In this document: positions 26,895-36,254 of the stretch, piece by piece | Numbering within the stretch: position 1 is the stretch's first letter | Layout: each line of letters opens with the position of its first letter | Source of the DNA: a virus | Direction: 5' to 3' (one strand) | Virus record (IMG/VR): IMGVR_UViG_3300045119_000157 | Location: 1 to 64,000 of that record | DNA: 64,000 nucleotides | Notes under the pieces: model-generated | What the model saw: the letters and a program-made list of their open reading frames with translations, nothing else | Database searches by the model: none | What the model was told of the DNA's origin: nothing | Program-made: the position numbers and the translations under genes

Positions 26895-27782
26895 GTGGTC
26901 GACGTCTTCTGCTCAGCGGCTCACTACGCCCGGCAGATACGCCCGATCTACGACCTGCTCCCCGACACGCATCGGGGGACGTGGTACGACGCGCATGAGG
27001 ATCCCGGCGGCGGAGACGTCATCGTCGTCGGCGCATACCGCGACCTCAGATGGGTCCGCGGCCGCTACCGCCGCTGCTGCCTCGTGGAGCACGGCATCGG
27101 CCAGTCCTATGCGACGCAGCCGGATCACCCGGCGTATCCGGGCGGCAACCGCGACGCGTATGATCTACTCCTCGCACCGGGTCCGGCTGTCGTCGATGCG
27201 TCCGCCTGCTCGACGGTGTATGTCGGATCCCCGACGGCACGGCAGGCCGGGTCGGATAGTTCTCCCCGCACCCGGTTCGCCGTGTCGTTTCACTGGGACT
27301 GCGGGATAGCGGTCGAGGCTGGGACCGCGTTTTGGGAGTATCTCCCGCACTTGGCGCGGCAGGCCGAGAAGCTGCCCGGCGGTCTACTGGTGCACGCGCA
27401 CCCGCGGATCGCTGACGAAGTGTTCGGCCAGACGGCACGGGTGGCGGGGTTGGAGCCGTGCCCGTCGTTCGAGCAGGTTGTGGACGAGGCGTGCGTGTAC
27501 GCGGTGGATAACTCATCGACGTTGTACGAGTTCGCTGCGCTTGACCGTCCCGTGGTCGTGTTGAACTCGCAGTTGTGGCGCCGGGACGTGTTTCACGGGA
27601 AACGTTTCTGGCAGTGGGCGGACGTCGGCGAGCAGATCGAGAGCGGCGGACAGTTGGCGGGCGCGATGCTCCGTGCCGTCGAGGTGGACCCGTGGGCTGA
27701 ACGTCGCCGCGTGATCGTCGGTGAGGTGTATGCGGGTGATACGCAGGCTGGCGTCGATGCGCTAGTACGGTTGCCGCCGTGA
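26895..27782 (+). CDS. GT-B fold, CDP-glycerol glycerophosphotransferase (TagB/F)-like protein
   Basis: VEHGIG, LVHAHPR, AVDNSSTLYEFAALDRPVVVL. Confidence 0.7.
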   Translation: MVDVFCSAAHYARQIRPIYDLLPDTHRGTWYDAHEDPGGGDVIVVGAYRDLRWVRGRYRRCCLVEHGIGQSYATQPDHPAYPGGNRDAYDLLLAPGPAVVDASACSTVYVGSPTARQAGSDSSPRTRFAVSFHWDCGIAVEAGTAFWEYLPHLARQAEKLPGGLLVHAHPRIADEVFGQTARVAGLEPCPSFEQVVDEACVYAVDNSSTLYEFAALDRPVVVLNSQLWRRDVFHGKRFWQWADVGEQIESGGQLAGAMLRAVEVDPWAERRRVIVGEVYAGDTQAGVDALVRLPP

Positions 27783-28054
27783 TCGAAGCGGTCGAGGACA
27801 TGTTGGCCGTGTTCCGGCTGACTCGTCTGGCGACTGTGGACACGTTCCCGCCCGTGCAGCGGCTCCGATGGAAGATCCTGCAACGCTGGCCGGAGACGGA
27901 CTGGCGGGTCGAACTCCTCACCTGCCCGTGGTGCCTGTCGTTCTGGTTCGCTCTCGCTGCTGTGATCGTCAGAGACCGGCCTGTGTGGCGTCGTGTGCTC
28001 GCCCCGGCGCTCGCGGGTAGCGCTGTGGCCGGGATCCTGAGCGAGCGAACGTGA
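27779..28054 (+). CDS. DUF1360-like membrane protein
   Basis: FRLTRL..D...ELLTCPWCLSFW. Confidence 0.75.
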   Translation: MIEAVEDMLAVFRLTRLATVDTFPPVQRLRWKILQRWPETDWRVELLTCPWCLSFWFALAAVIVRDRPVWRRVLAPALAGSAVAGILSERT

Positions 28055-30432
28055 CGCTCGTAGAGACGAACGGGCATGGCCCGGTCATGTCGTTCACGTC
28101 GTCGTCGAGTGAGGCGCTCACCGCGTCCGCCCGGAAGATCGACTATGCGTCCACGGAGGAGAAAGCCCGGTACCGGAAACGGCAGAAGGGCTGGCAGGAC
28201 GAGGCGTGGCGGTACTACGACGAATGCCCGGAGATCTGGTACGGCGCGAACTTCGTAGCGAACTGCCTCCGCAAGATCCGTCTCGTACCCGCGACGCAGC
28301 CGGACGTGTCGCAGCCGCCGACACCGATCTACGACCCGGCCGGTGTAGTCAACGAGCAGGGACCGGGCAACGACAGCGACGAGATCACACCGCCGCCGCC
28401 GACCGAGATCGAGATGGAAGCCATCGACCTCGTGAAGCGTCTCGGGCGCGCCGACGGCGGCGTCGGGGGACTCATGGCCGGGTTCGGGTTGAACCTTTCG
28501 ATCCCCGGCGAATGTGTCCTCGTCGCCGCTGACGACGAACTCGGGAACGAACACTGGGCGGTGTACTCGACGGACCAGGTGTTCGTGAACTCGCAGGGTG
28601 TGTGGGCGATCCGCACCGCCGCGGGCGACAAGAAGGGCACGCCGCTCCCCGACAACAGCGTCGCGTATCGTTTCTGGCGTCCGCATCCGCGGTGGTCGGA
28701 GACGGCCGACTCGCCGATGCGTCCCCTGCTGGACGTGGTCGAGGAGTTGATGATCCTGTCCCGCACGATCCGCGCTACGGGCCGGTCGCGGCTAGCGGGC
28801 GCAGGGATGCTCCTGTGGCCCGCCGAAGCGAACCTCGGGTCCGCTACACCGTCGACTGACCCGACGGTGTCCGGGCAGGCTGTCGACCCGGTCCTCGCGG
28901 ACATGATGCAAGCGATGATGACCCCGATCGGTGACGAAGGTGTCGCCGCCGCGGTCGTGCCGCTCCTCATGCGTGTCCCCGACCAGTACATCAAGAGCAT
29001 CCAGCACCTTCACTTCGACCGGCCGATCGACCCGGAGATGGCGAAGCAGCGCGACGAGTTGCGCCGCCGCATCGCGACGGGTCTCGACATTCCCGCTCAG
29101 GTGATCCTCGGTCTCGAAGACCTGAACCACTGGAATGCATGGATGGTCGACGAGCAGACGTTCAAGGCGCACCTCGAACCGCTCGTCGTGCAGATCTGCG
29201 GGAGTCTCACGTCCGCGTATCTGCGGCCGCTGCTCGGCATCAACGACGAACTCGACTCTGACCTGCTCGTCTGGTATGACGCGACGGCGCTGATCGGGCA
29301 CCCGAACCGGGAGCAGTCAGCGAAGGACGCGTTCGACCGTTACCTCATCAGCGAGGACGCGGGACGCCGGTATCTCGGGTTCAGCGACGAGGACGAACCG
29401 TCCGATCAGGAAGTGCAGGAACGCGTCGCCCGGAAGTCGATCGAACGCCTCGGTCCGCTCCGCACTGGCGAGGTGCTCGGCGAGACGACGGAAGTGTCCG
29501 GCGCGGAGACAGTCGAGCCGGGCATCCCCGCTACCGGACCCGACGCAGGCCAGGCGCCGACGCCTGTGACCGCGTCGGCTGGGCGCCGTACGGCACGGTC
29601 CGGGTGGAAACTCGCTCACCGTGACCGGGACATGCGTACACGTCTCACGACCGCCGCTGACGCTGCGGTGTTCCGTGCGTTGGAGCGTGCCGGGGCGACG
29701 CTGCGCCGCCACACGTCGAAGGACGCGACGGTGAAGTCGATCCTCACGGACGTCCCGAACCATCAGGTCGCATCAGTCCTCGGGGCGGAAGCGGTCCTGT
29801 CGTTCGGTGTCGACACGGAGCAGATGCTGGCCGACTCGTTCGATTCGCTGTCGATGCAGTTCGACCGGATCGTGCAACGCGCACAGCAGGACGTGCGGGA
29901 CATGATCGACGAACTCGACGACGACGACGAGATCGACATGGACGCTGTCGCCGCGCAGCAGGGCGAGGACCGCCGCGAAGCCGCCGCGCTGCTCGTCGCT
30001 GCTCTCGCTGCGCTCGCGACGGCCCGGATCTTCGACCCGCACCCGGAGGCCGCACCTCTCGGCGAGCACGACACCGAACTTCTCGTCCCGCCCGGCTACC
30101 TCCGCGAGGCGCTCGCTGTCGCTGGTGGCAGTCCGGCGCCGTCCGCGCTCGACGGGACCGTGGATGCTGCGACGGGCGGCATCTTCACGGGCGACCTGAT
30201 CTCGTCGGTGTGGAACAAGCTCGGTGTCGGTCCCCGCGGGTACGAGTGGTTCGTGGGTGCTCCGGCCCGGCCGTTCGAGCCGCATCAGGATCTCGACGGA
30301 GTCCAGTTCGAGACGTTCTCGGATGACGTGCTGGCCGCTGATGGCGGGGAGTTCCCGTTCGTGGATTTCTACCGGCCCGGCGACCATCTCGGGTGCCAGT
30401 GCGACTTCGCGCCGATCCTGGCGGAGGAATAG
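28051..30432 (+). CDS. portal protein with C-terminal MuF-like domain
   Basis: WQDEAWRYYD, WRPHPR...ADSP, SRLAGAG, AVVP, RRIATGLD, NHWNAW; C-terminal RPFEPH...PGDHLGCQC. Confidence 0.85.
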   Translation: MTLVETNGHGPVMSFTSSSSEALTASARKIDYASTEEKARYRKRQKGWQDEAWRYYDECPEIWYGANFVANCLRKIRLVPATQPDVSQPPTPIYDPAGVVNEQGPGNDSDEITPPPPTEIEMEAIDLVKRLGRADGGVGGLMAGFGLNLSIPGECVLVAADDELGNEHWAVYSTDQVFVNSQGVWAIRTAAGDKKGTPLPDNSVAYRFWRPHPRWSETADSPMRPLLDVVEELMILSRTIRATGRSRLAGAGMLLWPAEANLGSATPSTDPTVSGQAVDPVLADMMQAMMTPIGDEGVAAAVVPLLMRVPDQYIKSIQHLHFDRPIDPEMAKQRDELRRRIATGLDIPAQVILGLEDLNHWNAWMVDEQTFKAHLEPLVVQICGSLTSAYLRPLLGINDELDSDLLVWYDATALIGHPNREQSAKDAFDRYLISEDAGRRYLGFSDEDEPSDQEVQERVARKSIERLGPLRTGEVLGETTEVSGAETVEPGIPATGPDAGQAPTPVTASAGRRTARSGWKLAHRDRDMRTRLTTAADAAVFRALERAGATLRRHTSKDATVKSILTDVPNHQVASVLGAEAVLSFGVDTEQMLADSFDSLSMQFDRIVQRAQQDVRDMIDELDDDDEIDMDAVAAQQGEDRREAAALLVAALAALATARIFDPHPEAAPLGEHDTELLVPPGYLREALAVAGGSPAPSALDGTVDAATGGIFTGDLISSVWNKLGVGPRGYEWFVGAPARPFEPHQDLDGVQFETFSDDVLAADGGEFPFVDFYRPGDHLGCQCDFAPILAEE

Positions 30433-30433
30433 C

Positions 30434-30468
30434 TGGACAGTCAGGTACACCGGGTGTACGGTGCGGGT
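30434..30468 (+). promoter_or_regulatory. class I promoter/operator copy 12
   Basis: TGGACA-N17-TACGGT-N6-ATG right after the portal stop. Confidence 0.8.
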
Positions 30469-30624
30469 ATGGAAAAGCCGATGGCGCAGAAGTTCACAGT
30501 CGAGATCACCCTGAACGAGACCTCACTGCGGCTGACGGGTGCGGCCACCCAAGACGAGATCGAGGAGGCCATCCGCCGCCACTTCGCGTCGTCGCTCGAA
30601 GACGTCACAGTCTCGGGCGGCTGA
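30469..30624 (+). CDS. 51-aa hypothetical protein (MEKPM start)
   Basis: MEKPMAQKFTVEITLNE...VTVSGG*; not in the ORF track. Confidence 0.6.
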   Translation: MEKPMAQKFTVEITLNETSLRLTGAATQDEIEEAIRRHFASSLEDVTVSGG

Positions 30625-30692
30625 CGGGTTCCACGGGCTAGGACCGTCCGAAGGGTACGCTCCCGACCTAGCCGTCAGAGGAGTGGACCGTC

Positions 30693-32624
30693 ATGCTCAT
30701 ACCCGTCCGAGGTATCGCCGTCAACGTGGGAGAGCAGACCGGCGACGGCCGGTACATCGTGCCCGGCGCGGTCACGTTCGCTGACCTGCCGTTGCCGATC
30801 GGCTGGCTTGTCGACGGCGACCAGCACGCACAGATGTCGTTCCGTGACCCGCAGATCGGGAACATCACGTCAATGTCGTACGTGCCCGGCGGTGTCGCGT
30901 TCCAGGGTGTCATCGACGACCAGATCCCTGACGGGGCGGAGGCGTTGCGGCGCATGGCGGCAGGGTCCGCGCCGACGGGGATGACGTTCCCGGTGTCGAT
31001 CGACCCGGACGACTGGGCTGTCCAACTCGTCGACCCGTCCGGTGACAGCTTGGGCGGCGGGATGGTGATGCTGGCGTCATCGGGTGTCGTGAAGCCGGGC
31101 GAACGGTTCGATCCGGCGTGGACGGTGAAGTCACTCCGGTTGGCGTTGCAGCGGTCCGGTGTCCTCGTCGCCGCGTCGGGCGCTGGTGACCCGTCGGTGG
31201 ACGGCAGCGTCGTGTTCGAGGATGCGTCGGATTCGCTGGTGGCACGGTTCACCCGTCTCCGTATCCGCGGGTTGACGATGTGCAGCGTCGCCGCGTTCGC
31301 GGGTTCGTACATGGAGCAGGATCCGGGACCCGACCCGATGGACGGCTCTCTCGCTGACGTGGCCTCTGTGGTCGCCGCTGGCGCCAGGATGTCGGGGTCG
31401 TACGCGAACACGGCTCCGTCAACGTGGGGGAGTCTCACGTCACCCGGTCCGGCCACGGACGGCAACGTCGAAGTGGACACGGAGTTCAAGGCGCTCCCGG
31501 TGCATCACACCGCGACCACGGACGTCGCGTGGGACGGCGGCGCCGCGACCGCGGCCGCGAACGGTGCAGCCGAGTTGAAGTACATGAACGCCTGGCAGGA
31601 CTCCTCCGCGGGCGCCGACCCGGATCTGAAGGGGTCCTACAAGTTCCCGCATCACGCTGCGGGCACGGACACGCCAGCGAACCTGAACGGCGTCCGGAAC
31701 GCCCTGTCTCGGCTCCCGCAGTCGAAGATCCCGGATGGTGACGTCGAGGGCGTGAAGGCACATCTTCAGGCGCACCTCGATGACGGTGACAACGGGAAGG
31801 CTGTCGCCGCGTCGTCGTCCCCGGTGCGGGTGAAGGTGAACCTCGCGGAGCCGCCGCTCGCATGGTTCCAGAATCCGGGTCTCGCTCTCGCGTCGCCGCT
31901 GACGATCACGAACGAGGGACGCATCCTCGGCCACATCGCCCTGAAGTATTCGTGCCACACGGGCTACACGGACCGCTGCGTCGTCCCGCCGATGGGCGGC
32001 TCGTACGACCGTTTTCATGTCGGTGAGACAGTCTGCTCGGACGGGTCGACCGTCGCGTCGGGCGTGTTCGCGTGGGGGATCCCGCACGCTGACCTGTCCG
32101 TGTCACTCCTCGAAGCGTGGGCGCACTACGCGGACGCCCGGTACGGGTTCGGCCGTTCCGTCGTCGGCGAGGACGAGTACGGCATCTGGTTCTCGGGTGC
32201 ACTGTTCCCCGACATCGAAGCGAACGACATCTCGGTCCTCCGTGCCCTGTCCATGTCCGGCGACTGGCGCCGCGACGCGCGCAGCGGGAAGCTGTCCCTC
32301 ATCGCTGCGCTGGCGGTGAACTTCCCCGGCTTCCCTATCCCGCGGACCGCGATCACCGCGTCCGGCGGCGAAGTCATCGACGCCGACTCGTGGGAACTCG
32401 ACTCGCCGGAACCGTTCTTCGATGTCGACGACAACGGTGACGTCCGCTCGCTCGTAGCGTGCGGCCGGGTGGCGCCTCGCGCGCTGACCGCCGGGTGCGG
32501 CTGCGACGACGACCTGTCCGGCGAGGTGGCGCTCCTGAAGGCTCAGGTGACGCGCATGGAGCGTCTCCTGTCGCCGCTGTACCCGACGATCGCTGAGCGG
32601 CTCGACGAGCGCACGGCGCGCTGA
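30693..32624 (+). CDS. capsid maturation protease
   Basis: TGDGR, GRILGHIA, GEDEYGIWFSG, SGDWR, VNFPGFP; lies between portal and capsid. Confidence 0.8.
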   Translation: MLIPVRGIAVNVGEQTGDGRYIVPGAVTFADLPLPIGWLVDGDQHAQMSFRDPQIGNITSMSYVPGGVAFQGVIDDQIPDGAEALRRMAAGSAPTGMTFPVSIDPDDWAVQLVDPSGDSLGGGMVMLASSGVVKPGERFDPAWTVKSLRLALQRSGVLVAASGAGDPSVDGSVVFEDASDSLVARFTRLRIRGLTMCSVAAFAGSYMEQDPGPDPMDGSLADVASVVAAGARMSGSYANTAPSTWGSLTSPGPATDGNVEVDTEFKALPVHHTATTDVAWDGGAATAAANGAAELKYMNAWQDSSAGADPDLKGSYKFPHHAAGTDTPANLNGVRNALSRLPQSKIPDGDVEGVKAHLQAHLDDGDNGKAVAASSSPVRVKVNLAEPPLAWFQNPGLALASPLTITNEGRILGHIALKYSCHTGYTDRCVVPPMGGSYDRFHVGETVCSDGSTVASGVFAWGIPHADLSVSLLEAWAHYADARYGFGRSVVGEDEYGIWFSGALFPDIEANDISVLRALSMSGDWRRDARSGKLSLIAALAVNFPGFPIPRTAITASGGEVIDADSWELDSPEPFFDVDDNGDVRSLVACGRVAPRALTAGCGCDDDLSGEVALLKAQVTRMERLLSPLYPTIAERLDERTAR

Positions 32625-32683
32625 TCCACCTGCCCGTTCTTCGGGCGTGCTACACATTCGGATTCAAGAGCGGTCGATCTAGT

Positions 32684-32771
32684 GAGGTCGGCTGACTACG
32701 AGGTCGTCTGGCAGTCGCCGGGCCATCGGTGCTCGCAAGACGTCAGACACAGCAGGGACCGACCTCGGAGG
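32684..32771 (+). promoter_or_regulatory. structured 5' leader of the major capsid gene
   Basis: GAGGTCGG/CCGACCTC and CTGAC/GTCAG nested stems abutting the GGAGG RBS. Confidence 0.5.
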
Positions 32772-32776
32772 CTCAG

Positions 32777-34585
32777 ATGGACCGCTTGCTCGAACTGCTC
32801 GCTCGGATCGCCGCGCTCGTCGCGGAGGCCGCTGACTCGGAGCGGCCACTGGCCGAAGTGCCGCAGGAGGAGTTGGAGTCGCTCCTGTCGGACCTTCAGG
32901 AGGCGTACGCCGAAGCCCGTGAAGGGTCGCTCACCACGTCGGTCATCGACGCTCTCGAACAGGGTGCGTCCGCGATCCAGACCGTCGTCGCTGAGGACAA
33001 CACCCGCGTCGAGGAGCATGAGGCTCTCGAAGCTCGGGCTGCTGAACTGGACGCTCTCGCGATCCCGGTCGTCGAGGCGGAAGCCGACGAGGCCGAAGCT
33101 GCCGACGGTGAGACCGACCCCATCGACGCCGCCGAGGCGGTCATCGACGTGGCCAGCGAGGAGGCACCGGAGCCGGAGGCGGCGCCGCAGGCTGATGAGC
33201 GTGTCCTCGTGCCCGCCACGGCCGCACCCGCACCCGCACCCGCTGCCCGTGTCCGTGTCCCGCTCGCTCGTATGCGTGAGCGGCAGCCCGCCAGTGCCCG
33301 TCCGACACCGCCCGAGATCCAGCGCCGCCGTGTCATCGCCGCTGCTGGCCTCCCGAACGTCGCTCCCGGCGGCGAGTTCTCGTCACGTCGGGAACTGTCC
33401 GAGACGTTCATCCGGACGTGGGACGCGAACGTCGGCGCAGCCGGTGACGGCGTGCAGGTCGCGGTCGCTCGCATCGAGACGCCGTACCCGGATGACCATC
33501 GCATCGGCCCGGACGCTTCGCCGTTCATGACGACGTCGATCATGGAGCGCGCGGTCACTGACTTCACCGACTCGATCGTCGCTGCTGGCGGTATCTGCGC
33601 TCCGACCGAGCCGTACTACCCGCAGGCGATGATCTCGACGTCGGCTCGTCCGGTGTTCGACGGCCTCCCTCGGATCCAGGCGACCCGCGGTGGCATCAAC
33701 TGGGTCAGCCCGCCGACGCTGTCGTCGATCCTGACATCGCCGTCCGGTCAGACCGCCGGGACCGCGATCTCGCAGGTCACCGCCGCGCAGGACCTCGCGA
33801 ACGCAACGAAGCCGCATCAGCTTGTGACGTGCGGCGCGACGCAGAACGCGCAGATCTACGCGGTCACGAACATTCTGGAGTTCGGCAACATGCAGGGCCG
33901 GACGTACCCGGAACTCGTCGATGCGTGGTCCGGGTTGGCGGAGGCGGCGTGGGCACGGTTCGCTGAGAACCTGCTCCTGTCCGGCATCGTGTCCGGCTCG
34001 ACCGCTGTCACGTCGGTACAGGTCCTCGGTGTCGCCCGCGACATCCTGAACCAGGCGACCGTCGCGGCGGAGGCGTACCGCAACCGGCATCGCATGGACC
34101 CGATGGCGACCATCGTGTGCATGTTCCCCCGCTGGCTGATCGGCGCGATCCAGTCGGACATCTGGTCGGCGTTCAACACGGGCGACGACGAAGCGAACAC
34201 CGTGTCGCAGGCCAGCATCGAAAGCTGGTTCCGTGTCCGGAACATCCGGGTGATCTGGTTCCAGGACGGTGTCGGTCCAGGCAACCCGGCCGCGCAGATC
34301 TTCCCGGCGCAGGCCGCGGGCGCTCTCCTGTCATGGCCGAAGGTGTGCCAGTGGTACATGTTCCACGAGGGCGCATGGCTGATCCTCGACGGTGGCACCC
34401 TCGACCTCGGCATCGTCCGAGACTCGACGCTGAACGCGGCGAACAAGTACCAGATGTTCTTCGAGTCGTTCGAGAACATCGCGTTCGTCGGGATCGAGTC
34501 GCTGCGTATCCGCTCGACGATCTGTGTGAACGGCGCTACCGCCGGGACCATCGATCCGTCCACGATCTGCGACGGCGGCTCCTGA
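32777..34585 (+). CDS. major capsid protein with N-terminal scaffold-like region
   Basis: Acidic helical N-terminus; AAGGICAP, RGGI, GGTLDLGIVRDSTLN..NKY..F.E.FE. Confidence 0.88.
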   Translation: MDRLLELLARIAALVAEAADSERPLAEVPQEELESLLSDLQEAYAEAREGSLTTSVIDALEQGASAIQTVVAEDNTRVEEHEALEARAAELDALAIPVVEAEADEAEAADGETDPIDAAEAVIDVASEEAPEPEAAPQADERVLVPATAAPAPAPAARVRVPLARMRERQPASARPTPPEIQRRRVIAAAGLPNVAPGGEFSSRRELSETFIRTWDANVGAAGDGVQVAVARIETPYPDDHRIGPDASPFMTTSIMERAVTDFTDSIVAAGGICAPTEPYYPQAMISTSARPVFDGLPRIQATRGGINWVSPPTLSSILTSPSGQTAGTAISQVTAAQDLANATKPHQLVTCGATQNAQIYAVTNILEFGNMQGRTYPELVDAWSGLAEAAWARFAENLLLSGIVSGSTAVTSVQVLGVARDILNQATVAAEAYRNRHRMDPMATIVCMFPRWLIGAIQSDIWSAFNTGDDEANTVSQASIESWFRVRNIRVIWFQDGVGPGNPAAQIFPAQAAGALLSWPKVCQWYMFHEGAWLILDGGTLDLGIVRDSTLNAANKYQMFFESFENIAFVGIESLRIRSTICVNGATAGTIDPSTICDGGS

Positions 34586-34587
34586 GT

Positions 34588-34615
34588 CTTCGGACCTCTG
34601 GCCGGGTTCGAGGAA
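34588..34615 (+). terminator. hairpin after the capsid gene
   Basis: TCTTCGGACC...GGTTCGAGGA with GU pairs. Confidence 0.4.
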
Positions 34616-34648
34616 TAGGGGATGGGATGACGAGGGGAGGTGGACTGA

Positions 34649-35551
34649 ATGGCTGATCTGCTGAGAGTGGTAGACCCGACGCCTTACGGTCCGCCTCGCC
34701 TCGGCCTACTCGCCTCGATCGAAGTGATCGAGGAGGCCGACGAGGATCTCCGCACCGGAATCAAGTTCGTACCTGAGCCGTGCGGCGGCGAGGGCGGCGC
34801 ATACGACATCACCTGCGGCGCGACCGTGGACGTGTCCGGCGACAAGTCGACGGTCCCGCCGTACGAGCAGTTCTCCACGTTCGGCGTGTACGAACCGGAG
34901 TCGTGCTCCACGTTCGGCATGGCCGGTGTCAACACGGACCAGCGCGCTCAGCGAGCGATGCTGCTTGACGAGTCGAAGCAGGTCGAGAAAGAGTTCTGGA
35001 CCGGCACGATCGCTCAGGCCCGCGACGGTGGAGCAGCGAACAGCAACGCGCGATGGCTGGCACGCCAGACGGCAGGTCCGCAGAACGGCGCGACGTTCCC
35101 GCCCGCGGTCACCCAGTTGAACGGCGGCGCCGCGACGATCGCGGTCCGCGCTCTCGCTGATCTAGAGCAGGCGATCGCCGCAGCCCGGTCCGGTGGACGG
35201 GGGATGATCCACTGCACCCGTGTCACCGCGTCGTACTGGATCCGCGAGCAGATGCTCTACCGGAGCGGCAACCTGCTCCTCACTCACTGCTCCGACACGA
35301 TCGTCGTCGCGGGCGAGGGCTACCCCGGTTCTTCACCTGCGGGGTCAGGGATGCCCTCTGACCACAACACCGCATGGGCGTACGCGACCGGGCTGATCCG
35401 GGCGCGACGCACACCCGTCGAGGTTTACACGCCAGCGTCGCCGGAACTCACGACCTCGAACCGTCGCACCTCCATCGCCACCCGCACCTACGCACTGGAA
35501 ATCGACCCGTGCGTATACGTCGGGATCAACGTCACCAACAGCACCTCATGA
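34649..35551 (+). CDS. second capsid protein (pentamer-type or minor capsid)
   Basis: Follows MCP; ESKQVEKEFW, GMIH, VVAGEGY, AYATG, like the gene after MCP in cluster-B-like actinophages. Confidence 0.6.
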   Translation: MADLLRVVDPTPYGPPRLGLLASIEVIEEADEDLRTGIKFVPEPCGGEGGAYDITCGATVDVSGDKSTVPPYEQFSTFGVYEPESCSTFGMAGVNTDQRAQRAMLLDESKQVEKEFWTGTIAQARDGGAANSNARWLARQTAGPQNGATFPPAVTQLNGGAATIAVRALADLEQAIAAARSGGRGMIHCTRVTASYWIREQMLYRSGNLLLTHCSDTIVVAGEGYPGSSPAGSGMPSDHNTAWAYATGLIRARRTPVEVYTPASPELTTSNRRTSIATRTYALEIDPCVYVGINVTNSTS

Positions 35552-35564
35552 GGAGATTCACCTA

Positions 35565-36254
35565 ATGGCCGGTACCTGCTTCACGTCTTTGCAGTTGTGC
35601 GCCCTCCGGGTCGCGCAGTTGTCGACCGCCGGGCGCCCACAGGTTCCCGGCACGAACAAGGGTTACGTCACCGACGCGGCGATCAAGCTGCAAGTCGGCG
35701 TGACCCTCACGACCGGCGCGGACTTGGAGCAGCAGAACGGCTGCGGTGCCGTGTGCGCGGCGTTCAAGCAGCCGGACCGCATCAAGCGTGTCGACCTGTC
35801 GATGGACCTCTGCCAGTTCGACGCACAGATCGTGGCGCTTCTCACCGACGGCGGTGTCATCTCGTCCGGCGGTAACGCGGTCGGGTTCCAGTTCCCGTCC
35901 ACGACCGGCGCCGACCCTCGACCCGTGTGCATCGAAGCATGGTCGAAGGCGTGGAACGGATCGCAGCAGGCCAGCCCGACGTTCACCGCACCGAACGCGG
36001 CATACATCCACTGGGTGTTCCCGTTCGTGCAGTTCACGTTCGGCCAGTTCACGATCGACAACACCCTTCAGGTGCTGCCGCTCACCGGGCCGGGCACACC
36101 GAACGCGTTCATCACCGCGAACGGCCCGTTCGACGACTGGCCTGTCAGCGTCGCGAACGCTGGCGGCATCACGCAGGTCGGCGGCTGGTTCCTCGACGGC
36201 AACCTCCCGAACGTGGCCTGCAACTACATCAACACCACCAGCGCAGCGTCATGA
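35565..36254 (+). CDS. major tail protein
   Basis: LRVAQL, NGCGAVC, LCQFD, IEAWS, YIHWVFP; AGGAG RBS. Confidence 0.75.
   Translation: MAGTCFTSLQLCALRVAQLSTAGRPQVPGTNKGYVTDAAIKLQVGVTLTTGADLEQQNGCGAVCAAFKQPDRIKRVDLSMDLCQFDAQIVALLTDGGVISSGGNAVGFQFPSTTGADPRPVCIEAWSKAWNGSQQASPTFTAPNAAYIHWVFPFVQFTFGQFTIDNTLQVLPLTGPGTPNAFITANGPFDDWPVSVANAGGITQVGGWFLDGNLPNVACNYINTTSAAS

Noticed and set aside
1338-30468. Class I repeat as a CRISPR array
   Set aside because: Copies are 0.5-6 kb apart, separated by genes, have promoter geometry, and no cas genes are seen.
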